The notes: generated from the sequence alone by a model not told the origin. A stretch of DNA of 64,000 bases from Pseudomonadota bacterium (GCA_022560735.1 JADFSO010000009.1:8519-72518), one strand, 5' to 3'; positions 10,034 to 20,465 are shown, counted from the first letter of the stretch. Numbers and translations: made by a program.

Positions 10034-10663
10034 ATGAACAGAAAAAAACACTGGGACACCGTTTATGCCGGCAAGGCGCCAGACCAGCTAAGCTGGTACC
10101 AGGACACTCCCCGTATTTCACTGGATCTGATCGAGCAGACCGGGATCGCTCGCGATGGCGCAATCATCGATGTCGGCGGCGGTGCATCGGTCCTGGTCGA
10201 TCACCTGCTGGCGCTCGGCTATACGGATTTGACGGTGCTGGATATCTCAGACCGCGCATTGCAGGTTGCGCGGCACAGGCTGGGTGACAAAGCGGATCAG
10301 GTCTGCTGGATAGAGTCCGATATCACGGCATTCGCCCCACAGCGCCAATATGCGCTCTGGCATGACCGGGCGGCATTTCATTTTTTGACCGAGCCTGCGG
10401 ATCGGGCGAAATATGTCGCCATTTTAAAAAGCAGCCTGGCCACCGATGGCTTTCTGGTTATAGGCGCCTTCGCTGCCGATGGCCCCGTGCGCTGCAGCGG
10501 TCTGGATGTCGTCCGTTACGACCAGCAAGGAATCAGCGAGGAACTGGGCGCGAGTTTCCGTTTGCTCGGCGAGACTGCCGATCCCCATAAGACCCCATGG
10601 GGAGTCGAACAGAAGTTTGCTTTCTTCAGCTTTCGATACCTGGGGAATGACGATGGGCACTGA
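10034..10663 (+). CDS. Class I SAM-dependent methyltransferase
   Basis: 209 aa with a SAM-binding motif I-like IIDVGGGASVLVDHLLALGY followed by LDIS. Confidence 0.7.
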   Translation: MNRKKHWDTVYAGKAPDQLSWYQDTPRISLDLIEQTGIARDGAIIDVGGGASVLVDHLLALGYTDLTVLDISDRALQVARHRLGDKADQVCWIESDITAFAPQRQYALWHDRAAFHFLTEPADRAKYVAILKSSLATDGFLVIGAFAADGPVRCSGLDVVRYDQQGISEELGASFRLLGETADPHKTPWGVEQKFAFFSFRYLGNDDGH

Positions 10664-10735
10664 CCATCCGGCACGCTGGCCCGCAAGCGGCCCGGCACGT
10701 ATAGTAGCCAGTTCCAGTCTTGCGGGAGACTTCTC

Positions 10736-11176
10736 ATGATGTGGTGGGGATGGATCGTACTCGGGGTAATTATCCTGGGCGCTGAGATGTTTGTGATCGA
10801 CGCTCAGTTTTTCCTGGTGTTTATCGGTTTGTCGGCCATATTGGTCGGCCTGCTGAACCTTTTTGGGCTCGCGTTGCCGGAATGGGGACAGTGGATGTTA
10901 TTTGCCGCCCTGGCCTTGATCTCAATGTTCACTTTTCGCAAGGCTCTGTATTCCAAGATCAAGGGAAGCGCGCCTGGTTTTCGCGCGAGCATCGAAGGCG
11001 ACATGGTCCTGGTTGCGAATGAGCTGGCGCCCGGCGCCGAGAGCAGAACCAGCCATCGCGGCACAAATTGGACCATTCGAAATATTGGCGGCGGCAGCAT
11101 CCCGGCCGGGCAAAAAGCTCGCGTGGTGAAAACCGAGGGCCTGGTCCTTCATGTGTCAAACGATCCGGCGGATTGA
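10736..11176 (+). CDS. NfeD-family membrane protein
   Basis: 146 aa. Hydrophobic N-terminal helices then a soluble OB-like tail (WTIRNIGGGSIPAGQKARVVKTEGLVLHV). Lies directly upstream of an SPFH gene, which is the canonical pairing. Confidence 0.7.
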   Translation: MMWWGWIVLGVIILGAEMFVIDAQFFLVFIGLSAILVGLLNLFGLALPEWGQWMLFAALALISMFTFRKALYSKIKGSAPGFRASIEGDMVLVANELAPGAESRTSHRGTNWTIRNIGGGSIPAGQKARVVKTEGLVLHVSNDPAD

Positions 11177-11217
11177 AGCCGGGCAATTACAAATTTACAA
11201 ATACGGAGAAAAAACCC

Positions 11218-12144
11218 ATGGAAACATTGTATGTCGCACTGGCGACTGTTGTCGTCGCCGTTATCATCATCGCCAAGACCGCGGTCGTGGTACCGCAGCA
11301 AAACGCCTACGTAATTGAAAAGCTGGGCAAATTCAGCCGGACGCTCAAGGCCGGTTTTCATATTCTGGCGCCGTTTTTTGACCGGATCGCCTACAGACAC
11401 ACCTTGAAGGAACAGGCGATCGATATTCCCGAACAAATCTGCATTACCAAGGACAACGTACAAGTGGGCGTTGACGGGATCCTGTACCTGCAGGTCCTCG
11501 ACGCCGGCAGGGCATCCTACGGGATCTCCGATTATATCTGGGCCATCATTCAACTGGCGCAGACCACCCTGCGTAGCGAAATCGGCAAAATAGTCCTGGA
11601 CCGGACATTCGAAGAACGCTCGATGATCAATTTGAACGTCGTCAATGAACTCGACAAGGCGTCCGATCCCTGGGGAGTCAAAGTCCTGCGCTACGAGATC
11701 AAGAATATCAACCCGCCGCATGACGTCTTGACCGCGATGGAAAAACAGATGCGCGCCGAACGAGAAAAGCGTGCCGTCGTGCTGGGCTCCGAAGGCGAAC
11801 GCGATGCCAAGATCAACGAGGCCGAAGGCGAGAAGCAGCGGGTGATCAAGGAATCGGAAGCGAGCAAGCAAATGCAGATCAATGAAGCGGCCGGTGAAGC
11901 GCAAGCCATCCTGGCCGTGGCCACGGCTACCGCTGAAGGCATGCGGCGCATCGCTGCCGCCGTTATCGAAAAAGGCGGCAACGAAGCCATGCAACTGCGT
12001 ATTGCGGAGCAGTATATCGAACAATTCGGCAAGCTGGCCAAGGAAAGCAACACCCTGATCATCCCGGCACAGCTTGCGGATCTGAGCTCCATGATCGCGC
12101 TGGCTACCAACATCGCCAAGGGAGACAAGACCGTTGTCGGTTAA
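11218..12144 (+). CDS. SPFH/band-7 (stomatin/paraslipin-like) protein
   Basis: Start METLYVALATVVV at 11218 with a GGAGA SD. PHB-domain motifs (VVVPQQNAYVIEKLGKF, DNVQVGVDGILYLQV, TLRSEIGK, VLRYEIKNINPP). The track start at 11068 overlaps nfeD. Confidence 0.85.
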   Translation: METLYVALATVVVAVIIIAKTAVVVPQQNAYVIEKLGKFSRTLKAGFHILAPFFDRIAYRHTLKEQAIDIPEQICITKDNVQVGVDGILYLQVLDAGRASYGISDYIWAIIQLAQTTLRSEIGKIVLDRTFEERSMINLNVVNELDKASDPWGVKVLRYEIKNINPPHDVLTAMEKQMRAEREKRAVVLGSEGERDAKINEAEGEKQRVIKESEASKQMQINEAAGEAQAILAVATATAEGMRRIAAAVIEKGGNEAMQLRIAEQYIEQFGKLAKESNTLIIPAQLADLSSMIALATNIAKGDKTVVG

Positions 12145-12195
12145 GAAGCTGGCAGGTCGCACGCTGAATATGGAGGCTGCCTGACCCGGATCCCG

Positions 12196-13269
12196 ATGAA
12201 AACAGCGCTGCTGATTTTGTCCGTCGTCATGGTCGTTTTTCTGGCCTGGCTGTTTTTCTCACCGGTTTCGATTTCTCCATCGGGCTGGCAACCGGATGCC
12301 GATCCCGGGATGACCGGCGCTTTCCGCCGCAACGACGCCCTGGCAAGCGTGGTTCGCCTGACGCCCGGCCTGGGTGAAGGACCCGAGGATATTGCGCTGG
12401 GCCCGAGCGGCCTCCTGTATACGGGTCTGCAGGATGGCCGCATCGTGCGGTTCCTGTCCGATGGCACGATTATCGATGATTGGGTCAATACCGGTGGCCG
12501 GCCGCTGGGTATGCAGTTCGATGACCAGTACAACCTGATCGTGGCCGATTCGACGCGCGGCCTGCTGCGTATTTCGCCGACCGCGGAAATAGAAGTTCTG
12601 ACCGACTCGGTCAATGGCCGGCGAATGATATTCGTCGATGACCTGGATATCGCAGGCGATGGCGTAATCTGGTTCACCGATGCCTCGCAGCGGTTCGGAC
12701 AGGACGAATGGCGCCTGGACCTGATCGAAGCCAGCTTTAGCGGCCGCCTGCTCAGTTATAACCCGCAAAGCGGGGAGACCCGGGTTCGTATCGACAAGCT
12801 CGGCTTTGCCAATGGCGTCGCTTTGGGACCCAACGACGAATACGTGCTGGTCAATGAAACGCTGATGGCAAAAATTCACCGGCTATGGCTCAAGGGGCCA
12901 CTGGCCGGAACCCGTGATATTTTCGTCGGCTCCTTGCCGGGCTATCCGGACAACCTATCCTTTAACGGCGAGGACCTGTTCTGGGTCGCCCTGCCAGCGC
13001 CCAGGCAAAAGATTCTCGAGAGCCTGGCCGGCTCGCCATTCATGCTCAAGGCCCTGGCCCGCCTGCCGGAGAGCTTCGGGCCGAAGATCCCCAAGCTGGG
13101 CTGGGTAATCGGCATCGATCTGAGCGGACAAGTCAGGCACAGCATGCAGGACTGGTCCGGCACCTACTCCGGCGTGACCAGCGTCAATGAGATTGACAGC
13201 CGGCTTTTCCTCGGCAGCATCGCCATGCACACAGTGGGCGCGATCGACCTGCCCGAGCGATCGCAGTGA
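12196..13269 (+). CDS. Strictosidine-synthase-like / SMP-30-gluconolactonase-type beta-propeller protein, membrane anchored
   Basis: 357 aa with an N-terminal TM helix. GEGPEDIALGPSGLLYTGLQDGRIVRF and FANGVALGPNDEYVLVNET are typical of this propeller family. Confidence 0.55.
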   Translation: MKTALLILSVVMVVFLAWLFFSPVSISPSGWQPDADPGMTGAFRRNDALASVVRLTPGLGEGPEDIALGPSGLLYTGLQDGRIVRFLSDGTIIDDWVNTGGRPLGMQFDDQYNLIVADSTRGLLRISPTAEIEVLTDSVNGRRMIFVDDLDIAGDGVIWFTDASQRFGQDEWRLDLIEASFSGRLLSYNPQSGETRVRIDKLGFANGVALGPNDEYVLVNETLMAKIHRLWLKGPLAGTRDIFVGSLPGYPDNLSFNGEDLFWVALPAPRQKILESLAGSPFMLKALARLPESFGPKIPKLGWVIGIDLSGQVRHSMQDWSGTYSGVTSVNEIDSRLFLGSIAMHTVGAIDLPERSQ

Positions 13270-13452
13270 CCCCTGGATTGCAGGCACTTTCATTAAGTCG
13301 AGCCGGCCGCCTGGTCTGGCGGCCCATAACAGCCCGCTTTTTTATGATTTGACTTAATCTCCCCCGGGACGGATCTGTGATCCGGGTTCAGGCCGGGTTA
13401 ATGCGCGACTGCTAGAGTCGGTAACACTCCCTGGCTGACGAGTATCCGGAAT

Positions 13453-13977
13453 ATGAACCGACCGACCATTCACTGGCTGACCGCAGCAACCGTCACTATG
13501 GCGCTGCTGGCTGGTTGCGCCGGAAACTCGTCAGCACCCGTGTACATCAGCAAAGGAGAATTCCGCGCTGTCTCATCGCCCGGCGCCACACGGCAAAAAC
13601 CTTCCCTGGGTACGCAGCTCGCACGCACCGCGACAGAAATGATCGGTGTGCCATATGTTTACGGCGGGACTACGCCCGATGGCTTCGACTGCAGCGGACT
13701 CGTGTACTACTCATACCAGCAGGCCGGGATGAAGGTCCCGCGAACCTCGCAGGAACAGTACAAAGCTGCCAGGCGTATTTCACTGTCCAATGCCAAGCCC
13801 GGTGACTTGTTGTTTTTCCGCGGCGATCGCAGGATTTCACATGTCGCCATCTACATCGGCAACGGATATTTCGTGCATGCCCCTTCGAGCGGCAAGACAG
13901 TGTCCGTCGCCAGCATCAACGACACCTATTATCGTGAGCATTTCGATCGCGCCGGACGCCTGCACAGGTGGGATTAG
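13453..13977 (+). CDS. NlpC/P60 (C40) cell-wall peptidase lipoprotein
   Basis: Lipobox LLAGC. Catalytic Cys motif GFDCSGLVYYSY and His motif ISHVAIYIGNGYFVHAP. Confidence 0.8.
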   Translation: MNRPTIHWLTAATVTMALLAGCAGNSSAPVYISKGEFRAVSSPGATRQKPSLGTQLARTATEMIGVPYVYGGTTPDGFDCSGLVYYSYQQAGMKVPRTSQEQYKAARRISLSNAKPGDLLFFRGDRRISHVAIYIGNGYFVHAPSSGKTVSVASINDTYYREHFDRAGRLHRWD

Positions 13978-15629
13978 CCCCGGTTGCGGCCAAGACCGTC
14001 AACCAACGGAACGATAAAATCACGATAGTGCTCTTTCCAGCCGATCCTTTTGCTGGTCAACGGCTGTCTCGCCTGCCAACTGCTCAGCGTCAATACTGGC
14101 TGCGGGTTTTGCACCGGTGACAAACAGGCGTCGTTCCAGCCAAGCCCGCAATCCGTGAGCAGCTTGCGCATAACGGTTGACGGATCATCGACCAGGTTTT
14201 CATAAGCAATGGTGGAAATCGAATCCGGGTAAAGCGATTGCCAGTGATCCATCAACCGCCGGTAGTCGCGGAAATAACTGACGATATCGGCGAAATCGGT
14301 GGCATAGGTTTGTTCACCTTTGAAATCCTGTTGATAAATGGACCAGGCGTTATCCACGTTGTCCCGCGTGACATGAATAAACTTTGCCTTTGGAAAAACT
14401 GCACGGATCAAGCCAACGAACAGGAAATTGCCTGGCATTTTGTCGGTCCACACCGATTGCCCTGCAACCAGGCCGCACGCTTCCTCGCCATAAAACGCGG
14501 CAAGGGTTTTCAGTTTTTCCTCGTCAAGACCTGCGATCGATTCGGGATATCCATGCAAGCGGGTTTGGGTAATCGCCGAGAAAAAATACGCCTCCCCCAG
14601 ACCCTGCACATCGGGATGGTTCGACAGCAGTCTTTCGACCAGCGTGGTTCCCGAACGCGGCATTCCAATAACAAATATCGGTCGATTGTCATCCGCACTA
14701 TTGCATGCGCCCGGCGAGTCGCAGGCGCGGATAATACGGTCGATCCAGGCGCTGTGCTGCTTTGCATCGAAAGCAGGGATTAGCGAGCGTCTTGCTTCAT
14801 TCGCTTGCTGAAAATGGGAGAAAGCGGACTTGAAGGACCGACAATCGTCGAATGCCTTACCCAGCGCAAAATGGAGATTGGCCCGCATATCGGCATCCGG
14901 CGCTTTTCCCTCCAGGAGCGCCAGCATCGCGGCGATATCGGGATCGTCGACTGAATCGAAAGTCCTGATCATGGCCATGAGCCGCCAGGCCTCCGTCACC
15001 GCAGGGTGCCGGTCGGTTATCGAGCGATAGATTTTTTGCGCTTCATCGAACCGGCCAGTTGCCGTCAACGCGGCGCCCAGCCCTAACGATGCCTCGCAAC
15101 GATCCGGATGGGATGAGATTTCGTTCTCGTATATATCCATGGCATCGGTCGTGTTACGGGCTTGCAACAAGACTCTTGCCAGCCGCAGCTTGATTCGCCC
15201 ATCGGCATCCTCGGGCCCGGCCGTGGCTCGCCGGTAGGCGGCGATACTGGATTGCCAGTTGCCCAACCGTTCATCGACCCGGGCTCGCCCCAGCCAAAAA
15301 CGCCGCTCGGCCGGATATTTCCCGGTCAGTTGCCGGAAAACCTGGTCCGCAGTGTGCAGATCCCCGGTGACCATCGCCAGTTCGCCGGTTTCCGAAAACA
15401 CTTCGACCGAATCGGGCGCCAACCGGTTTGCCGTGCGCATCAACTCACCCGCCGCGTCCACATGTCCCATTTCCCGGTTAGCGCGCGCACACAGGCACAA
15501 GACCCGAATATCGTCATGCCGATTTTCGAGGATGGACCGGTACAGGCCCACCGCCTCTGCCAGTCTTCCCTGATCGTGCAGTTCCGCCGCCCGCTGTAAC
15601 TGCAGATTTCTTTGCCTACCCGATACCAT
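13974..15629 (-). CDS. TPR-repeat + PAPS-type sulfotransferase fusion protein
   Basis: 551 aa. N-terminal TPR helices and a C-terminal sulfotransferase with a 5'-PSB loop, IFVIGMPRSGTTLVERLLSNHP. Its stop overlaps the convergent NlpC/P60 stop (13974..13977). Confidence 0.75.
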   Translation of the reverse strand: MVSGRQRNLQLQRAAELHDQGRLAEAVGLYRSILENRHDDIRVLCLCARANREMGHVDAAGELMRTANRLAPDSVEVFSETGELAMVTGDLHTADQVFRQLTGKYPAERRFWLGRARVDERLGNWQSSIAAYRRATAGPEDADGRIKLRLARVLLQARNTTDAMDIYENEISSHPDRCEASLGLGAALTATGRFDEAQKIYRSITDRHPAVTEAWRLMAMIRTFDSVDDPDIAAMLALLEGKAPDADMRANLHFALGKAFDDCRSFKSAFSHFQQANEARRSLIPAFDAKQHSAWIDRIIRACDSPGACNSADDNRPIFVIGMPRSGTTLVERLLSNHPDVQGLGEAYFFSAITQTRLHGYPESIAGLDEEKLKTLAAFYGEEACGLVAGQSVWTDKMPGNFLFVGLIRAVFPKAKFIHVTRDNVDNAWSIYQQDFKGEQTYATDFADIVSYFRDYRRLMDHWQSLYPDSISTIAYENLVDDPSTVMRKLLTDCGLGWNDACLSPVQNPQPVLTLSSWQARQPLTSKRIGWKEHYRDFIVPLVDGLGRNRG

Positions 15630-15848
15630 GGCCGCACTCGTGATCTGAATTTTTCATCGATCGCCCCTCAGCGTGTACGATATACAGTCACGGCAACTGC
15701 GACAATGCCAGGCCTTTGTTCAGGAACAGCGCTGCGCGAGTCGGCAAGTCGCTTTTACCAACGTTATATCGCACCAGCTCTTCCAATCGGGGAACAAGCG
15801 TTTATCCTCTGGGTCGTAGACATATTGGTAAATCATCGGGGAGCTTCC

Positions 15849-18575
15849 ATGAAAAGGTTCAGCGGTCGCACACTGAGTGCACTGGCGGTACTGTTATTCG
15901 GCGCTAACGCCTTCGCGTCCACACCGGACATCGATATTCCATACGAGAAATTCACGCTGGACAACGGCCTGCGGGTCATTGTGCACGAAGATCGCAAGGC
16001 GCCGATCATTGCGGTCAGCGTCTGGTATCACGTCGGCTCAAAGGACGAAAAACCGGGCAAGACCGGTTTTGCTCATCTTTTCGAACACCTGATGTTCAAC
16101 GGTTCGGAAAATTACAATGACGAGTATTTCAAGCCATTTGACGAAGTCGGCGCCACCGCGATGAACGGAACGACCTGGTTCGACCGCACCAACTACTTTC
16201 AGAACGTCCCGACCACGGCGCTGGAAATGGCGCTGTGGATGGAATCTGACCGCATGGGGCATTTGCTCGGCGTGATAACCCAGAAAAAACTCGACGAGCA
16301 GCGCGGCGTCGTGCAGAACGAGAAGCGCAGCGGCGACAATCAGCCTTATGGCCTGGTCGAATACCGCACGCTGGAGGGGCTGTTCCCCGTGGGACACCCC
16401 TATCGCTGGAGTACGATCGGGTCGATGGAGGATCTGGACGCGGCTTCTCTCGATGATGTCAAGGATTGGTTCCGCCAGTATTATGGCGCGGCCAACACGG
16501 TGCTGGTTCTGGCCGGCGACATCAATGCCGCGGAGGCGCGTCCGCTGGTGGAAAAATATTTTGCCGATATCGACGCCGGCCCACCGCTCAGGCGCCTCAA
16601 GACAATGGTCCCGGTGCGCGACACCAGCACCCATGAAGTCATGTATGAGCAAGTTCCCCAGGCCCGTCTTTACCGGTCATGGGCAGTACCGGGTCGCACC
16701 GAACTCGAAGGCGCGCACCTGCAGCTGGCTGCTGCGATCCTTGGCAGCGGTCGCAATTCGCGATTGTATCGCGAACTGGTCTACCAGCGGCAGATCGCAA
16801 CCGCGGTCAGCGTCGATTATGAGGCACACACGCTGGCAGGTATTTTTACCATCGACGCGATGGTGAGACCGGGTTCCGATCCTGCTGAAGTCAGCCGGGT
16901 CATCGACCAGGTCGTCGAGGAATTTCTCGACAAGGGTCCAACCAAGGCCGAGATGGCGCGTGTTCGCACTTCCATTAATGCCGGCTTGATTCGCGGTCTC
17001 GAGAGGATCGGCGGATTTGGCGGCAAAGCCGTTACCCTGGCTCGCAGCGAGCTGTATGGCGGCAGCCCCGATTTCTGGCGCACCCGCCTGGGCTGGCTGA
17101 ACTCGGCCAGCCGGCGCGACGTACTCCGCACCGGCAACAAGTGGCTCGGCAAGGGCAATTACCGGCTCGACGTGCTCCCCTTTGCCAAATTCCAGACAGT
17201 GGCAACCGATGCCGATCGCAGCAAGATTCCGTATCCGTCTGCGATGCCGGCGTTGAAATTCCCGCAAATAGAGCGTGCGCGGCTGAAAAATGGCGTCGAG
17301 GTCGTGCTGGCCGAACGCCATTCCGTACCCATAGTCAATATCGCCATCCAGTTTGATGCCGGCTATGCCGCCGATGCCGGTCGCAAGCTCGGTGCCGCCA
17401 GTTTCACGCTGGCTATGTTGCGTGAGGGCACGACCAGCCGCGATGCGCTTGAGATCAGTGAGGAATCCGAACTGCTGGGCGCCCGGATTCGGACCAGCTC
17501 CAATCTGGATATGTCGCAAGCCAGCCTGAATGCGCTGAAGGAGAACCTCGACGAGTCGCTGGAGCTGTTTGCCGATATCGTCCGTAACCCGGCTTTCAAG
17601 ATCGAGGAAATAGAACGGCTACGGCCCCGTTCGCTGGCGGCGATCCAGCAGGAAAAAGTGCAGCCGGTGAGCATCGCCCTGCGCGAGCTGCCACCGTTAC
17701 TGTATGGCAAGGGTCACGCCTATGGAATTCCGTTTACCGGTTCCGGCACGGAGGAGTCGGTCAAGTCGATTACCCAGGATGATCTGCGGACATTTCACAG
17801 GGATTGGCTGCGGCCTGACAATGCGACCATTTTTGTCGTCGGCGATACCAGCATGAGCGAAATGCTGCCGTTGCTGAACCAGTACTTCGGTGACTGGGAT
17901 GCACCGACCAGCGAAAAGCCGATCAAGAATATCGCCATGGTCGAATTGGCAAGCGAAGCGAAAATTTATCTGGTCGACAAGCCGGGTTCGCCGCAGTCGC
18001 TGATCCTGGCCGGTCACCTCTCACCACCGGCGGGCGCCGATAATAACCTGGTTATCAATGCCATGAACAATGTCATCGGCGGCGATTTTACGTCACGGAT
18101 CAATATGGATTTGCGCGAGACGAAATCCTGGTCGTATGGCGCCCAGACTTTCATGATCGGCGCGCGCGGGCAACAGCCCTACCTGGTTTATGCGCCCGTG
18201 CAGATCGATCGCACGGCCGACTCGGTGATCGCCTTGCTGGAGCAGTTCGACGCCTACCTGGGGCCCGAGCGGACGCGGCCCGAGGAACTCGACCGGGTCG
18301 TCAAGAACGAAACCCGCAGCCTGCCGGGGCAGTATGAAACCGGTGCGGCGGTGCTGGCGACCATGCTATCCAACGCACGATACGGCCGACCCGACGACTA
18401 TGTAATGACGCTGACCGACCAGTACGAAGCGATGACCCTCGAGCAGATCGATGCCGCGGCCGATGAGGTCCTGAAACCTCATCAACTGATCTGGCTGATC
18501 GTCGGCGATCTTTCCAAGATAGAGGAACCCATCCGGGCGCTCGGCATCGCGGAGGTGGAAATACTGAAATTGTAG
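15849..18575 (+). CDS. Secreted M16 (pitrilysin/insulinase) zinc peptidase, double-module
   Basis: Start MKRFSGRTLSALAVLLFGANAFA (signal peptide) at 15849. HxxEH zinc motif HLFEHLMFNGS. A second inactive-type M16 half follows. The track start at 15612 overlaps the upstream gene. Confidence 0.85.
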   Translation: MKRFSGRTLSALAVLLFGANAFASTPDIDIPYEKFTLDNGLRVIVHEDRKAPIIAVSVWYHVGSKDEKPGKTGFAHLFEHLMFNGSENYNDEYFKPFDEVGATAMNGTTWFDRTNYFQNVPTTALEMALWMESDRMGHLLGVITQKKLDEQRGVVQNEKRSGDNQPYGLVEYRTLEGLFPVGHPYRWSTIGSMEDLDAASLDDVKDWFRQYYGAANTVLVLAGDINAAEARPLVEKYFADIDAGPPLRRLKTMVPVRDTSTHEVMYEQVPQARLYRSWAVPGRTELEGAHLQLAAAILGSGRNSRLYRELVYQRQIATAVSVDYEAHTLAGIFTIDAMVRPGSDPAEVSRVIDQVVEEFLDKGPTKAEMARVRTSINAGLIRGLERIGGFGGKAVTLARSELYGGSPDFWRTRLGWLNSASRRDVLRTGNKWLGKGNYRLDVLPFAKFQTVATDADRSKIPYPSAMPALKFPQIERARLKNGVEVVLAERHSVPIVNIAIQFDAGYAADAGRKLGAASFTLAMLREGTTSRDALEISEESELLGARIRTSSNLDMSQASLNALKENLDESLELFADIVRNPAFKIEEIERLRPRSLAAIQQEKVQPVSIALRELPPLLYGKGHAYGIPFTGSGTEESVKSITQDDLRTFHRDWLRPDNATIFVVGDTSMSEMLPLLNQYFGDWDAPTSEKPIKNIAMVELASEAKIYLVDKPGSPQSLILAGHLSPPAGADNNLVINAMNNVIGGDFTSRINMDLRETKSWSYGAQTFMIGARGQQPYLVYAPVQIDRTADSVIALLEQFDAYLGPERTRPEELDRVVKNETRSLPGQYETGAAVLATMLSNARYGRPDDYVMTLTDQYEAMTLEQIDAAADEVLKPHQLIWLIVGDLSKIEEPIRALGIAEVEILKL

Positions 18576-18629
18576 GAGGGCCTTCAGGCCCGATGAAAAA
18601 CCAATCGCGGCTGAAGCCGCTCCTGCAGG
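18571..18629. repeat. REP doublet (REPIN-like), locus A
   Basis: TGTAGGAGGGCCTTCAGGCCCGATG and, inverted, CCAATCGCGGCTGAAGCCGCTCCTGCAGG. Each has a 5-bp stem and 4-nt loop. The first unit overlaps the TAG stop of the M16 gene. Same family as 20603..20662 and 57498..57619. Confidence 0.8.
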
Positions 18630-18653
18630 TGTGGTGAAAAACTCGTTTTCCAT

Positions 18654-20465
18654 CTAACTACCGGGTTTGCGGAATTGTTGCGCGGTTTTGGCGACCTCAC
18701 CGGCACTCTCTATAGGCAGCGAGCACCTGTCGGGATTGCATATATACATGCTCGGCCTACCCCGATCCGGGTAACGCCCCGGTGCTTCGTAATGCAACAA
18801 CTTGCGCGGCTCGTAGACTGCTCTTGCCGCTGCAAATAATGATTCGGCGCGCGGGTCCGTGCTATCGCCCACGACACTGAACTCGATGTATTCGGCCGTC
18901 AGTTTTTCCAACGCCATTGCCAGCTGCCCGGTTATCCTGCCCTCGCGGCGAATGACGTCCGGGACAGCCACGGCGCGCAATGTACGCTCCGGCGCCGCTG
19001 CAAATCGCTCGTCCTTGGTATAGACCCACAAATCATAAAAAAAGCGGGCTGCGGTGGCGTTGTGCTCCAGGGGCTTGCGCGGTGCGAGTATGGATATGCC
19101 CGTTTCAGCGGTAGTGGCGAAAAAACCACCCAGCGCAGCGTCTTCCAATTGCTCCTGGGATGCTACCGCTATGGTTTCCGCCTGCGATAACCACTTTTGC
19201 TCCCCGGTCGCCCGGTACAACGCCAGCAATGCCGTTCCAAACCAGGCCTGGGCGCTCAGATACGGCCGTGATCCAGCGGCCAAAGGACGTATGCGATTGT
19301 CCTTGTGGACGGCCTTATTGGCCTTGGTTTGCAGAATCCAGCCTGCTTTGACCAGCCGCGAGGTCATCAGGGAATTTGCCGCGCGAACGGCGCTCGCCAG
19401 GTAAACACTCTCGCCAGTCGCTTCGTAGGCGCGCACATAGGCAACGATGACCTGACCATTCTTGTCCGTGTGTACAGCGTGATCGATAGGCGGGACCCCG
19501 TAGCGGAGCCGGGCCTCGCTATGGTCGAGACGATAATAATCGACCGCGCCCATGCCCGCGGGTAATCCGGGGGCATCGTCTTCCTGGCTCGTGTAAAACG
19601 TGCCATCGGGGGCCGTCATCCAGTCCCGCAAATACCGATCGATATCCGCTATACCGTCAGCATATCTGGAATCACCTGTGACTTGATAAGCGTTGGCAAA
19701 AGCCGCCATTGCGTTGGCCTGATTGGAGATGCGCTTTTCCGGAACAAAGCGGCCATTGATCGAGAACACAAAAACGCCGCCCCAGACCGGATCGATGGTC
19801 TGCAAATAACCGTCCGTGGTTTTCAATGCGATCGTTTGCAGTTCTTCGAGGTCGTACATATGCGCGCGCAGATACAAGTGCTGCAATTGCGATCCTTGTC
19901 CCGTGCGAACACCTTGCCTGCTCCATCCCCCATCCGTTTCATTCAGTTGGCGGTCCAACTGGGCACGGACACGATCACGAATCCGGGTCATTTCCGTTGT
20001 CTCCGGCTCGGGTGGCGCCGCATAGGGAGCAAGCCGGTCCGCTTCGAGTTGACCCGCCTTGTGCTTGGCGATGAGCTCATTGAGTATGGGTATGAAATTC
20101 CGCGGCTGGCGGTTGCCACGCAAGGCCAGCACCTGGGTCGAATCCGGGCCGAGAAAAATGGTGGCCGGCCAGGCCCAGTCCGAATAACGTTCGCCGATGT
20201 CCGGTCGCGACTCGGCATCCACCATGATGGGCACAAAATATTCGTTGACCAGTTTTACTACACCCGGGTTGGTATAGGTGATTTCATCCATCCAGCGACA
20301 GGCTGTGCACCCTTCCATGCCGACGTCGATGAGAATCATCTTGTTATCGTACCGGGCACGTTCAAACGGCGCCGAACCCCAATCCTGCCAGTCAATTGCA
20401 GTCGTATCGGTGGCCCCAATGACGGATGGCAGGATGAGTAATATGATAATTCTTAGCATATTCAA
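18654..20465 (-). CDS. Secreted thioredoxin-domain protein of the YyaL/DUF255 type (thioredoxin fold + alpha/alpha-toroid)
   Basis: 603 aa with a signal peptide. N-terminal DUF255-like block (WQDWGSAPFERARYDNKMILIDVGMEGCTACRWMD..YFVPIMVDAESRPDI). Confidence 0.7.
   Translation of the reverse strand: MNMLRIIILLILPSVIGATDTTAIDWQDWGSAPFERARYDNKMILIDVGMEGCTACRWMDEITYTNPGVVKLVNEYFVPIMVDAESRPDIGERYSDWAWPATIFLGPDSTQVLALRGNRQPRNFIPILNELIAKHKAGQLEADRLAPYAAPPEPETTEMTRIRDRVRAQLDRQLNETDGGWSRQGVRTGQGSQLQHLYLRAHMYDLEELQTIALKTTDGYLQTIDPVWGGVFVFSINGRFVPEKRISNQANAMAAFANAYQVTGDSRYADGIADIDRYLRDWMTAPDGTFYTSQEDDAPGLPAGMGAVDYYRLDHSEARLRYGVPPIDHAVHTDKNGQVIVAYVRAYEATGESVYLASAVRAANSLMTSRLVKAGWILQTKANKAVHKDNRIRPLAAGSRPYLSAQAWFGTALLALYRATGEQKWLSQAETIAVASQEQLEDAALGGFFATTAETGISILAPRKPLEHNATAARFFYDLWVYTKDERFAAAPERTLRAVAVPDVIRREGRITGQLAMALEKLTAEYIEFSVVGDSTDPRAESLFAAARAVYEPRKLLHYEAPGRYPDRGRPSMYICNPDRCSLPIESAGEVAKTAQQFRKPGS

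Noticed and set aside
11149-12162. 337-aa ORF antisense to the SPFH gene
   Set aside because: Shadow frame of a well-conserved band-7 gene, with no SD and no motifs.
13302-13325. Hairpin GCCGCC-TGGTCT-GGCGGC after the strictosidine-synthase-like gene as a terminator
   Set aside because: No T tract follows the stem directly on either strand, so the evidence is too weak to annotate.
15612-15848. N-terminal extension of the M16 peptidase ORF; similar long track starts occur at 11068, 43758, 46286, 46618 and 60590
   Set aside because: The extensions overlap neighbouring genes or lack homology-like sequence. Internal starts give proper signal peptides or canonical N-termini with SD sequences.
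18366-18653. 95-aa minus-strand ORF and the 62-aa ORFs at 20583..20804 covering REP units
   Set aside because: The open frames are created by REP palindromes (AALAAIG / SRLKPLLQ-type translations) and overlap the 3' end of the M16 gene.
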